DNA of 64,000 nt from Candidatus Atabeyarchaeum deiterrae (GCA_037310415.1 CP147780.1:1600001-1664000); one strand, 5' to 3'; shown: positions 28,961 through 38,381, counted from the first letter of the stretch. Made by a program: numbers and translations. The notes: a model not told the origin generated them from the sequence alone.

Positions 28961-29146
28961 ATGTGTTGCCGTTGCGGTTGTGGACAACATCATAATGAGG
29001 AAGGACAAGAGAAAGAATGTGAACCAAGCCACACTAGGCGTTTCTTAACCAAAGCAGAGAAGGTCGAGAAACTGAAGGACTATGCAGAAGGGCTAAGGAA
29101 GGAGATTGCCGCAGTTGAAGAACACATTAGAGAACTAGAAACATAA
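28961..29146 (+). CDS. small Cys/His-rich protein with C-terminal coiled coil
   Basis: MCCRCGCGQHH...RRFLTKAEKVEKLKDYAEGLRKEIAAVEEHIREL; GGAGG RBS; divergent from HxlR. Confidence 0.8.
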   Translation: MCCRCGCGQHHNEEGQEKECEPSHTRRFLTKAEKVEKLKDYAEGLRKEIAAVEEHIRELET

Positions 29147-29360
29147 AGTGACTGGAAGAGTGAATCTCTAGGAACCGCGTTTCCCCTTTTTTTGGATCGC
29201 GGAATCAGTCAAAAGCTGCACATTGGATGAAAGAGCCTGACTGAAGAAGGTACTCCCACAGGGATGACAACGAGTCCCAATAAGGAATCAGCACGCGCAG
29301 AAAGAGGGGAAGAAGCTGTAGATCACAGATTCTCTCTGAGAGCGAAATGAGGCTGGAACT

Positions 29361-30290
29361 ATGAATGCAGAAAGTGCCATTGAAGTCTCGAATCTCACAA
29401 AACGGTATGATGACCTTCTAGCAGTGAACCACATCAGCTTCAAGGTAACGAAGGGAGAGATCTTCGGCTTCCTAGGTCCAAATGGCGCCGGCAAGACAAC
29501 TACGATTCGAATGCTCACTGGCGTTATCAAGCCGGATAACGGCATGGCTTCGATCTTAGGTTATGACGTTCTGAAAGAGGGGCTCAAGAGTAGGCAGGTA
29601 ACGGGAGTCGTTCCAGAAATGGCGAATGCCTACATTGACATTTCAGCTTGGAAAAACCTGGTACTGATGGGAGAGTTGTATGGAGTACCCAGGAAGCAGA
29701 GGGAGAAGACCGCCTCCAAGCTTCTAAGAAAAGTTAGGCTATACGATCGAAGGAATAGCCTTGTTAGAGGATTCTCAAGAGGAATGAAGCAGAGGCTGCT
29801 ATTGTGCATGGCACTGGTCAGTGAGCCTCAAATTCTCTTCTTGGACGAACCCACGTCAGGTTTAGATGTTGAGAGCCAGCTACTGATAAAAGATATGATT
29901 CGTGAATTCAACGAAAGAGGAATAACAGTTTTCTTGACAACACATAACATGGAAGAAGCCAACCAGCTCTGCGATAGAATAGCGATCATTAATCACGGCA
30001 AGATCGTGGCGATTGATACCCCGGAGAAACTCCGCATGGAAAGTAGCGGATTAAACTCAGTCGAGGTTAGCTTCGAGAAGCAAGTGCGAACTGAAGAGTT
30101 GACTAAGATCGAAGGGATAAGAGAGGTCAAGAAGACCGGAGATAAGATGAGACTGTACACAGATCAGCCAAGCACAGTACTTGAGAGAATTGTTGATTTT
30201 GCACGCTCAAGGGGACTCAAAATAGTCACCCTCAACACTCTAGGTCCCACTTTGGAAGATGTATTCCTCAAGCTCGTGAAGGAAAGCTAA
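29361..30290 (+). CDS. ABC exporter ATP-binding protein
   Basis: GPNGAGKTT, FSRGMKQR, FLDEPTSGLD, TLEDVF. Confidence 0.92.
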   Translation: MNAESAIEVSNLTKRYDDLLAVNHISFKVTKGEIFGFLGPNGAGKTTTIRMLTGVIKPDNGMASILGYDVLKEGLKSRQVTGVVPEMANAYIDISAWKNLVLMGELYGVPRKQREKTASKLLRKVRLYDRRNSLVRGFSRGMKQRLLLCMALVSEPQILFLDEPTSGLDVESQLLIKDMIREFNERGITVFLTTHNMEEANQLCDRIAIINHGKIVAIDTPEKLRMESSGLNSVEVSFEKQVRTEELTKIEGIREVKKTGDKMRLYTDQPSTVLERIVDFARSRGLKIVTLNTLGPTLEDVFLKLVKES

Positions 30291-30307
30291 GGGAGGACCG
30301 TGTTACG

Positions 30308-31063
30308 TTGGACAGGCATATTTATTGGGAGCAGTTCAAACGGTCTCTTGCCATCGTCAAGAAGAACATACGGATCTACTACTCTAAGGGACCCGTAATC
30401 ACTTTTGGTCTTCTCATACCCTTCTTTCTCTTCCTTTCATTCTATATCGGGCGAAACACAACTCTTGAAGCTCTCATTCCCGGATTGCTTGGAATAACTG
30501 TCTTCTTCACAGCTAGCTCAGTTGGACCCGCGATAGTCCCTTGGGAAGCGAGATCAAAGACTCTTGAGAGACTTGTATCCTGTCCCGTCTCAATCTGGAC
30601 GATCTTTGTCGGGGACATGCTTTCATCGTTCCTTTTCGGGGCGATTATCTCGGTATTTCCCGTGATCATCGGCTTGTCGCTAGGCGTGGAGATTGCAAGC
30701 CCGCTACTGCTTGGGCTTGGAATCACCGCGGGAGCATTCTGTTTTGCATCTCTAGGAGTACTCATGTCTGCGTATCCGCCAACAGATGTCCCAGCAACCA
30801 TAATGATGTTGTCTTCTCTGATCAAATTCCCGCTAGTTTTCATAAGTGGAATCTTCATTCCCATTCAAGAGCTGCCAGATTGGGGCAGGATACTCTCTTC
30901 ATTTTCTCCCTTAACATATTTCACTGATCTGGCGAGGAGCTCAATGCAGGGCTACAGCTACTATCCCTATTGGCTGGACATCGTTGCCGTGGCCGTATTC
31001 GCAATCGTCTTCCTGGTCTCAGCCGTGAAGCTTCATGAACGCACAATACAGAAACGGCTTTGA
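30308..31063 (+). CDS. ABC-2 type exporter permease
   Basis: 6 TMs; FISGIFIP and SPLTY motifs; follows the ATPase gene. Confidence 0.88.
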   Translation: MDRHIYWEQFKRSLAIVKKNIRIYYSKGPVITFGLLIPFFLFLSFYIGRNTTLEALIPGLLGITVFFTASSVGPAIVPWEARSKTLERLVSCPVSIWTIFVGDMLSSFLFGAIISVFPVIIGLSLGVEIASPLLLGLGITAGAFCFASLGVLMSAYPPTDVPATIMMLSSLIKFPLVFISGIFIPIQELPDWGRILSSFSPLTYFTDLARSSMQGYSYYPYWLDIVAVAVFAIVFLVSAVKLHERTIQKRL

Positions 31064-31120
31064 GACACACTTGCCCTGGCACATGTGCAGACACAGAAAA
31101 GCAAGATCATTCAATTTATA

Positions 31121-32005
31121 CTATTCTTTCTTCTCGACGCGTTTAAAAATAAGTGGTACAATAAAAGCCGCGGCATAGGTGATGATAGCGTATTTTGCAA
31201 ACTCTGTGAAGACATTCGCGCTTGACAACAACAACGAAAGACCCACATATACGACTCCGATTACGAGCAGTCCAATCAGGAGTCTCACAATTCTAGTTCC
31301 GTTATCTATCTTATCTGTTGAGAAGTCTACATATCTCGACTCAAACGCTAATCCAGTGGAAAAACCGAACAACCCACCACAGACGGTGGCGGGATCATCC
31401 CTAGTCGTGTCCGGAAAGACCAGGAGGGATACCGCAAACAAAACCAATGCTATCACAGGGACAACAAGCTGCCTCAACCTCTCCGAGTGCCTACCGAGAA
31501 ACTTCTCGATATGTGGATAAGAGGCGTAGGCTGTCAAAGTGAAAACCAGCCCGATTATGACGCCAGCTATTATGTCTCCAAGGTAGTGAACCCCAAGGTA
31601 CAATCTCGAGAAGCTAATCAGGAAAATCAGCAAAGGAGAAATTATGTACAGAGCTTTATGGCGGGTCTTGAGAGCTGCCCAAGCCCAGAATGTCGCTGCA
31701 CTCTGTGCGTGTCCGCTGGGGAAACCATGTGATATATCGTTCTTGTCAATGATCCTGTATGCAGGATCAGGTCGGCTCATGTTGAACAGCATCTTGAAGA
31801 AATAGTTGACGTAAAAGCCAAAGAGCATTAGGTAAGCAACTATGACGCCTGCTTTCTTATGCAAGCACCAATAGATGACGGCGATCAAACCAATGTAAAA
31901 GATGTCTTCGCCAAGCAATGTGAAAAAGATGAAGAGCCAGTCGAACGCTGGGGAGAGTGCTTGCTGTATTAGCGAAATCAGTCCAGGGTCAAACAACCAA
32001 TTCAA
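31121..32005 (-). CDS. PAP2 family membrane phosphatase
   Basis: K...RP, FPSGH and SRLYLGVHY motifs. Confidence 0.9.
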   Translation of the reverse strand: MNWLFDPGLISLIQQALSPAFDWLFIFFTLLGEDIFYIGLIAVIYWCLHKKAGVIVAYLMLFGFYVNYFFKMLFNMSRPDPAYRIIDKNDISHGFPSGHAQSAATFWAWAALKTRHKALYIISPLLIFLISFSRLYLGVHYLGDIIAGVIIGLVFTLTAYASYPHIEKFLGRHSERLRQLVVPVIALVLFAVSLLVFPDTTRDDPATVCGGLFGFSTGLAFESRYVDFSTDKIDNGTRIVRLLIGLLVIGVVYVGLSLLLSSANVFTEFAKYAIITYAAAFIVPLIFKRVEKKE

Positions 32006-32106
32006 CGGAAGCCACCTATAGCCACCCTTATGTCAATAACCACGTTAATAATACTTGCGTCTCAAATCATAAAAAAGTCAAAGGATTGGGGTTTACCTGT
32101 GGTCTG

Positions 32107-33234
32107 TCAATGGACTCGCATGTTTTGAACTTTCATCCATGCATCTCTGCCACTTTTCTCTGGAACGTCGTCTTTGACTTTGACGAGTTTGATCGCATCA
32201 TTCGGGCATGCTCTCGCACAGACACCGCATCCAATGCACTGCTCTTTGTTGAAAACGACCTTTTCATCAGATAAGTCGCTCTTGTGCCCGAAGTGGAAGG
32301 TCAATGCCTTGAATGGACATATCCTCACGCATGTCTTGCATTTCTTGCACGAGTCATAGTCTAGCTCAGGTTGATAGTTTGATCTGGCGAAGGCCCTCGG
32401 ATTCTTCAACTCTGATAGCCCTCTCAGGATTCCACAGCAACACGTGCAACAGTTACAGATGAAGGTAACGTCCTCTTGGCTATTGTTAGTGGTGTGCACA
32501 AGACCCTTTTTCTCCGTCAAATCAAGGATCTTCTCCGCTTCAGCCTTATCTATTGGTCTTCCTACTCCAGAGTCAACGGTCCAATCCGCGAATTTGTCAA
32601 ATGTCAAGCAGACTTCAACTGGTCTGTCACATCTCTTTCTCTCGGTCCTGCAAGCGCAATTCATAACAGCAATCGAATCAGCCTTCTTGATGTATTCGCT
32701 AACTCGCTCGTATGGCAAAACCTCAAGTTGCGGCGAAAAAGTCTTCTCAATGGGAATGACCCTGGCCCAAGGATAATTCGAGGATCCGATCTCAGTACCA
32801 TATCCATCAGAGTAGAAGCGGTCAACCCACTTTCCCACCTCTGCCTTCTCGCTCTCGGGATTCCTACGGTCAGCGAAGTAAGCTTCAAAAACCCCGGGAA
32901 TCAGAGGAAGCAAAGCAAAGTACTCAGTACCTGTTCTCCTACTCTTACTTCTGTAGATCATGCCCCGCCTTAGTAAGCCATCAAAGACCTTCTTGACCTT
33001 TGCTTTATCTATCCCAGTTGCCTTGGAGAAGTCTTCGACGGTTCTGGAGTCCATGTATGGGATATTGAAGTTTGAGAGCATCTTCGCCTCTTCCTCAGTG
33101 AACATCTTCCTTAAGAACTTCAGTATGTCCTCACCTCGAGGCAAACCGATCGGAAAGTTGTCCATCTTGCGCCGCAGCAATTCGTAAACATCATCACTGC
33201 CCTTAACTGCTCCCAAGAAATAACCACCACACAA
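32107..33234 (-). CDS. 4Fe-4S dicluster ferredoxin-domain protein with N-terminal HTH-like region
   Basis: CACR, ICNCCTCCC, CKKCKTCVRICP and CIGCGVCARACP. Confidence 0.88.
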   Translation of the reverse strand: MCGGYFLGAVKGSDDVYELLRRKMDNFPIGLPRGEDILKFLRKMFTEEEAKMLSNFNIPYMDSRTVEDFSKATGIDKAKVKKVFDGLLRRGMIYRSKSRRTGTEYFALLPLIPGVFEAYFADRRNPESEKAEVGKWVDRFYSDGYGTEIGSSNYPWARVIPIEKTFSPQLEVLPYERVSEYIKKADSIAVMNCACRTERKRCDRPVEVCLTFDKFADWTVDSGVGRPIDKAEAEKILDLTEKKGLVHTTNNSQEDVTFICNCCTCCCGILRGLSELKNPRAFARSNYQPELDYDSCKKCKTCVRICPFKALTFHFGHKSDLSDEKVVFNKEQCIGCGVCARACPNDAIKLVKVKDDVPEKSGRDAWMKVQNMRVH

Positions 33235-33441
33235 ACATCTTTGCGGCTAAATGTGACAACATCCACCTAATAAAGATGAATATCGCCCGAAAAACTATCT
33301 CAGCCAATCAGCCTATGACTGGCTCAAGGAAGACCTCAACATTAGTGTTACAGATGCTAACCAAGAACCCCAACGGCACCCACACCGCCAAAATCAAGAA
33401 TCGTGGGTGGGAGCATGCTAATACGGTCCAACACAACACCT

Positions 33442-33897
33442 TCATACGGGCGCATTCTTCCTGTGCTGGGATTCAAGAATGCTCTGAAGTCGAGTTCCAA
33501 GCTTGCTTCTGCCCGGCATATCGTAATCCGAAAGAAGTTGACCGAACCCCAAAGGTTCCTCATTTATCGCATCACTTATGCTTCTTCGAAGCTGAGGTTC
33601 GATAGCTTCGAAGTCCCGATCAGACTCGGCATCAAGCACCGCCAAAAACCCTTTGTGCATGTAAATAGTCAGTGTAAGATCTTGGAACTGCACCCTGCGC
33701 GGCAGGTTCTCCTCCATCTCGGCCTCTCTTCCAAATCTCTTCATGGAGGCAGAAAGTAGTCCGGAAAGAAACTCCTTCTCGACCCTTTCCAACGAGTCCT
33801 TACCTTTCTTGATCTCGTCTATCCAATGGAAAATGCACTTGTTGAAGGGACCAAACAGCCACATTGCTCTAATCGTCCCTACCACCGCCTCTCCCAT
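33442..33897 (-). CDS. longin-like domain protein (putative)
   Basis: beta-beta-alpha-beta-beta-beta-alpha pattern (IRAMWLF, CIFHW, FLSGLLSA, RVQFQDLTLTIY, FLAVLDA); own TTTATAT box ~30 nt upstream. Confidence 0.55.
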   Translation of the reverse strand: MGEAVVGTIRAMWLFGPFNKCIFHWIDEIKKGKDSLERVEKEFLSGLLSASMKRFGREAEMEENLPRRVQFQDLTLTIYMHKGFLAVLDAESDRDFEAIEPQLRRSISDAINEEPLGFGQLLSDYDMPGRSKLGTRLQSILESQHRKNAPV

Positions 33898-33987
33898 TTT
33901 CCCATCGTCTAGTTGATAATACTTTCATATAAAGTAATCGCTACCATGATACGGGAACATAATGCTAACCCCTTTTCGATCTCGAGA

Positions 33988-34518
33988 CTACGATGCGCTT
34001 ATCACTTTCCGTCCAACGTGAGCATAAGTAATAACCTTTGAAGCAGTCCTCGCGAGCTCGACAGGCGACCCCAGGCCAATAGCATCATCACCAACTCTGC
34101 CACCAACAACAAGCATTACTGGAATAGAGAATTCCTTGCATATGCTTCGAAGCAGTTCAGAGGCTGATTGAATGGTCTCCCAGTCAGACAATTCCAACAT
34201 GACAATCGCGGCCGTGGCACCCTGAAGGAAGGACACCTCAAACCCAAGGTTCTTCCCTGGACTCTTACTGAGGATCCAAAATGCAACACGACCATCATTC
34301 AAATCCACGACTCGAGTGCCGACGACGTGGCCTTCGCCTCTATCGAAACTGTCCGTACCTGGTCTCTCATATTCCCGATTTTCCTGCAAGCTAGCACGTT
34401 CGTACCCGCCTCTGCTCTTAACCTGTATTACGACAACCTTTCGGACTGTTCTTGATGAGGCGTTGTCGCCTCCAATGGGAGGATTATTCTCTACTACTTT
34501 GTCGCTAACTGTCAACAT
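33988..34518 (-). CDS. degenerate Ras/Rab-like small GTPase fold (pseudo-GTPase)
   Basis: KVVVI, TRVVDL..RVAFWIL, FLQGATAAIVMLELSDWETI and IPVMLVVG occur in Rab order, but GxxxxGKT, DxxG and NKxD are absent; AGGTG RBS. Confidence 0.55.
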   Translation of the reverse strand: MLTVSDKVVENNPPIGGDNASSRTVRKVVVIQVKSRGGYERASLQENREYERPGTDSFDRGEGHVVGTRVVDLNDGRVAFWILSKSPGKNLGFEVSFLQGATAAIVMLELSDWETIQSASELLRSICKEFSIPVMLVVGGRVGDDAIGLGSPVELARTASKVITYAHVGRKVISAS

Positions 34519-34729
34519 TACTCACACCTTCCAATGCCTTTCAGAGCAACTTCTCCAACCTACACTATGGTCGAAGGCTTTAAATACCGACAAAATCATG
34601 TATGAATAAAGGAGTACTGTGTCTCGGAAAGACAGAATGGGGAAAAGATAGAGACAATTTGCCGAGAAAAGCACTAGTTTGACTCGAATGCGTCGGGAGA
34701 AGCCCTGCTGTGTCTTATTCTCTCCCAGG

Positions 34730-34796
34730 GCGTGAACCATTTTAAACCGATTTTGTCGGAGCATTTTAATTTGGTTCACGCAGGAATAACCTTTCT
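34730..34796. promoter_or_regulatory. operator array in the divergent pseudo-GTPase/peptide intergenic region
   Basis: GCGTGAACCA (34730-34739) / TGGTTCACGC (34772-34781) inverted repeat plus GGAATAACCTTTCT (34783-34796), just upstream of BRE/TATA AAAAGTTTAATA (~34801-34812). Confidence 0.65.
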
Positions 34797-34861
34797 ATGA
34801 AAAAGTTTAATAGACACATTTCTTTAAGACGTACCAGGAAGAACCGGAGGGCAGAAGAGGA

Positions 34862-34999
34862 ATGAAAATAGGCGAATTCTTCATAGAGTACAATAGACTA
34901 CTAGTCATCGGAGCGATTCTAACAATACTACTGATGGCTACGCTTCTAGGCGCGCCTGCGGCTGCATTGCCGACGGCTGGAAGCGGGTCACCGGCATAG
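34862..34999 (+). CDS. 45-aa putative secreted peptide precursor (signal peptide plus ~10-aa tail LPTAGSGSPA)
   Basis: Not in ORF track. MKIGEFFIEYNRLLVIGAILTILLMATLLGAPAAALPTAGSGSPA*; GGAGG/GAGG RBS and TATA upstream, T-tract at ~35086-35101 downstream. Confidence 0.75.
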   Translation: MKIGEFFIEYNRLLVIGAILTILLMATLLGAPAAALPTAGSGSPA

Positions 35000-35133
35000 T
35001 TAGTCTAACCAAGAAGCGATCTCTGTGCAAAGAGCCGTGCGCAGCCTTCGTACGGGACCGTATAGATCTTGTGCTGTCCCCCATATTCTTCTTTTTCGTT
35101 TAGGGTCAATTCCTTAGTTTGCAGACTTCGGCC

Positions 35134-36627
35134 TCAGGGTAATGACTCGTAGCGTCTTAGGAAGTTCAGCTCGCCATCTAGACGGGTCCATTGTTGTCTA
35201 CTATCATTCCACTTTTCATACAAGTGAATAAGGCTTCGTCCTCCAATGTTCTCAAACCTGTTAGAAGAAGCAACAACTGTGATCTCGTTTATTCCTTTTA
35301 TCATGTAGTTGATTTTCGCCGCTTCGCTGGCTGCGGATTTGATAAACAGCAGGACGCCCCTGTCCGTTCTATATAGGAAGTAGTAAGGCAGGTACCCCAC
35401 AGCGTAACGCAGTTCCTCGACTTGCTCTTCATCACACTCAATTAGGTATGCATTCAAGTTGTCAAGGCCAAGGCCCCAATATGTCATGTAAGGATAGATG
35501 GCTGGTTGTTTTTCTCCTCCGCCATTCAATGATTGGTTCTCAGCTGACATAAGCCTGTTAATCTTGCGAGTGACTGTTGGCCTGGATATGCCATAGCCAA
35601 ACTGTGTAAGCCGTTTTTTGATCTCGCTGTGGGAGATCAGCGGGTCGGTTGCACATATTGCGGCGATCAGGAAGTCCTTTCTGTCAAACACAAGTGGCTC
35701 AGCTGAATAGTGAAACTCCGCGGCTTTTCTTGATATCTCCTTGTTCTCTCGTATAAATTCGAAGAAGCCATATGCCCATAGTTGCGGATCGAAAAACCAA
35801 CTTCTGCCATCAAAGAATTCCAAGTTTGAACCTGTTGAGAAAGATTTCAGCTCGACTAGGTTGATATCCCGAAATACTTCACCCTTCAGCTCGTTTAGAC
35901 TTTCCTTGAACTCATTAAGCTCCTTGCTATGGTTAGGTATGACGAAACTTGCCCAACTGCTTCCCTCGTAAACGTCTGAATTCAAATTCAGTGCGAAAGG
36001 CAAGTTGTCGAAGAGTAGTCTCCTTAGATATTCATCCTTTCCTCTGTATTCCTCCAAGATGTTGAAAAAGACTATGAAATGTCTCAACTTGAACATTGGA
36101 TAATTGATGTATCCATAGAACCTCAAAAGGCTTGATTTCTGAAGAGAGTTACTCGCATGGGAGACTGCTTGAGGTGAGAACCCAAGCTGCTTCGCAATTT
36201 CAGTGTACGAACTACCCGGATTCTTCATGAAGGTATCTAAGTACAACTTCTGCTTTGTGCGTATTCTCCTCCCTTCGGGCGCAAGGCAAGTGATGAGCGT
36301 TCTTCGGACTACTTCTGGTTTCGTTATTCTATACTTTCTAATACTGGTTAATCTCGAGATCAAAGCATCTCTAATGTTACGGGTTGCTGGCGCAGTGAAT
36401 GGATCAAAATAAGTGAGGGCCAACCTTTTCGTTAAACTCGGGTCAATCATTATTTGCTCTTGCTTTAGCTTGGGGTTATCACATCTCGCCAGGTAAATTC
36501 TTGTGAGAGCAAAAAGCACCTTAAGTTCTCCGTTTTCAACCTGTGGAAACAGGTTATCATACAAGTTTAGCTGTTGAGATATCGACTCTATTAGGTTTGA
36601 GTCTGTTTGCTCGTACTGTTTGCTCAT
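35134..36627 (-). CDS. large transcriptional regulator with two HTH plus Lrp/AsnC-like modules
   Basis: HTH1 NPGSSYTEIAKQLGFSPQAVS and HTH2 DPLISHSEIKKRL...ISRPTVTRKINRL, each followed by an alpha/beta domain; GGTGAGG RBS. Confidence 0.75.
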   Translation of the reverse strand: MSKQYEQTDSNLIESISQQLNLYDNLFPQVENGELKVLFALTRIYLARCDNPKLKQEQIMIDPSLTKRLALTYFDPFTAPATRNIRDALISRLTSIRKYRITKPEVVRRTLITCLAPEGRRIRTKQKLYLDTFMKNPGSSYTEIAKQLGFSPQAVSHASNSLQKSSLLRFYGYINYPMFKLRHFIVFFNILEEYRGKDEYLRRLLFDNLPFALNLNSDVYEGSSWASFVIPNHSKELNEFKESLNELKGEVFRDINLVELKSFSTGSNLEFFDGRSWFFDPQLWAYGFFEFIRENKEISRKAAEFHYSAEPLVFDRKDFLIAAICATDPLISHSEIKKRLTQFGYGISRPTVTRKINRLMSAENQSLNGGGEKQPAIYPYMTYWGLGLDNLNAYLIECDEEQVEELRYAVGYLPYYFLYRTDRGVLLFIKSAASEAAKINYMIKGINEITVVASSNRFENIGGRSLIHLYEKWNDSRQQWTRLDGELNFLRRYESLP

Positions 36628-36678
36628 CTACCTCACCCCATGCCCACAGGTACAGACTGGACGCTGTGACCTGTACGT

Positions 36679-36718
36679 GGAGTAACCTTTCTCTCTCCTA
36701 GTGTTTAAAATGGTTCAC
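36679..36718. promoter_or_regulatory. operator overlapping the regulator's own TATA box
   Basis: 36703-36718 is the exact reverse complement of 34732-34747 (GTGAACCATTTTAAAC); 36679-36692 GGAGTAACCTTTCT matches 34783-34796 at 13/14. Confidence 0.65.
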
Positions 36719-36943
36719 CGACTATTAGTAATTTGTCTCAATGAAATTTGATTTATGTATCGAAAATTATTGTTAGCCATGTTTTGTCTCCAATGTAAGG
36801 GTAGAAAACCTGAACTCTTGCAGTGACTGAGATGGATTAACGCACCAATCGTCAACAAAGCATTGTACGATGAGAATCAGCATCAAGTCCCGCAAGCCTA
36901 TTTAAGTTACATCACCGAATAAGCAAGCTATTGTCTTAGAAGG

Positions 36944-37747
36944 ATGGTGTTAGAACTCATGACATTATCTGAAAAGGTCGCCCTTCTCGTCGGATCTGGG
37001 AAGGGTCTTGGGCAGGCTATCGCTTCCGCTCTTGCCAAGAATGGTGCCGATGTCGCGATTGCAGATTTAGAGGAGAATGTTGCCAAGGAAACAGCAAAAC
37101 TTGTCAACGAACAAGGGAGAAAATCCTTGGCAATGAAGGTCGATCCTCGCTCCGGCAATGAGGTCGAGAACCTCGTTAGAAAAGTAGTTGACGAGTTCGG
37201 AAAGATCGACATACTTGTCAACGCCCTAAGCGCTGCGACCTCAGCCCAGTATATTGATACAACTGAAGATGACTACGATCTCAACATGGATTTCAACGCC
37301 AAAGGTGTCTATTTTACCTGCAAATCTGTATCAAAACGCATGATTGAACAAGGAAGAGGAAAGATCATTAACATTTCATCCATGTACGGGAAATCTGGCG
37401 GGCTACTGCTCGCTGCATATGCAGCTTCAAAGGCAGCCGTGATCGGATTCACTCAATGCTTGGCCGTCGAACTAGCTGAGTACGGAATATGTGTTAACGC
37501 CATCTGCTCCGGACTAATTGAGAGGCGGGAACTTGAACTTGCCGCTACACTTAAAGGTATGTCGCCGACCCAGATTGAAGGAGAGGGATTTTCAGCGTCA
37601 CCTGAGAGGAGTATCGGCGAACCCCAAGACATCGCAAAGCTAGTAGTCTTTTTAGCATCTGACGAGTCTAATTACATCACTGGTCAGGCGCTTAACTTGG
37701 CTGATGACGAAGTCACCTACATGCGGTCGTTGACTATCGCAAGGTAA
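36944..37747 (+). CDS. SDR family oxidoreductase
   Basis: GSGKGLG, YAASK, VNAIC, ITGQ; NNAG replaced by NALS. Confidence 0.88.
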   Translation: MVLELMTLSEKVALLVGSGKGLGQAIASALAKNGADVAIADLEENVAKETAKLVNEQGRKSLAMKVDPRSGNEVENLVRKVVDEFGKIDILVNALSAATSAQYIDTTEDDYDLNMDFNAKGVYFTCKSVSKRMIEQGRGKIINISSMYGKSGGLLLAAYAASKAAVIGFTQCLAVELAEYGICVNAICSGLIERRELELAATLKGMSPTQIEGEGFSASPERSIGEPQDIAKLVVFLASDESNYITGQALNLADDEVTYMRSLTIAR

Positions 37748-37993
37748 TTCCTGCGCTGGTGAGAAATCTATTCACACCTTCTTTGGTCATTCCTGATGCT
37801 TCTTGCCGATCTTGTTTATTCTCAATCGTTTCACCTTGCTAGAAGCAAAAGAAGCAAAGCTAAAGTACTAGCGATCGGCATAACTGAAAACAGGGGTAAG
37901 GGAAGCTCGATAGGAAGGAGCTTGGAAAGACTTCACCTGGATTATTGCACAGTATGGAACCTGAATATGAGACTTTTAAGAGGTCGATGATAG

Positions 37994-38332
37994 ATGACGG
38001 ATGCCATCAAGGTTATGCGAAAGAGAGAGATCAAAACTTTCATGGATGTTGATGAGCTATGCAGACTCTATGTTAAGACAAACCAAATTACCTTCGGAAC
38101 ATCCACACTTGAGCCAGGAAAAAAGGGCGGTACTGACCCTGGACATAAGAATGGCGAAGAGATCTTCTATGTCGCAAAAGGAAAGGTCATCTGCAGCTTC
38201 CCAAAAAGCGGGGTCAAAAAAGAGTTGAATGAAGGCGACATTGTCATAATTCCCAAGATGGAGCCTCATGAACTTCATAATCCCGGTAAAACTGATGTAG
38301 TAGTAGTCTGGAGTCTTGCGCCTTCAGATTGA
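37994..38332 (+). CDS. cupin domain protein
   Basis: GH...EEIFYVAKG and GDIVIIP..EPH cupin motifs. Confidence 0.85.
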   Translation: MTDAIKVMRKREIKTFMDVDELCRLYVKTNQITFGTSTLEPGKKGGTDPGHKNGEEIFYVAKGKVICSFPKSGVKKELNEGDIVIIPKMEPHELHNPGKTDVVVVWSLAPSD

Positions 38333-38381
38333 GATCCAAGCCATACTCAATCCCAGAAGATAGGAAGAGGTTGAGCTAACA

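Noticed and set aside
34967-34981. LPTAG as a sortase LPxTG-like signal
   Set aside because: It follows rather than precedes the hydrophobic helix and has no basic tail
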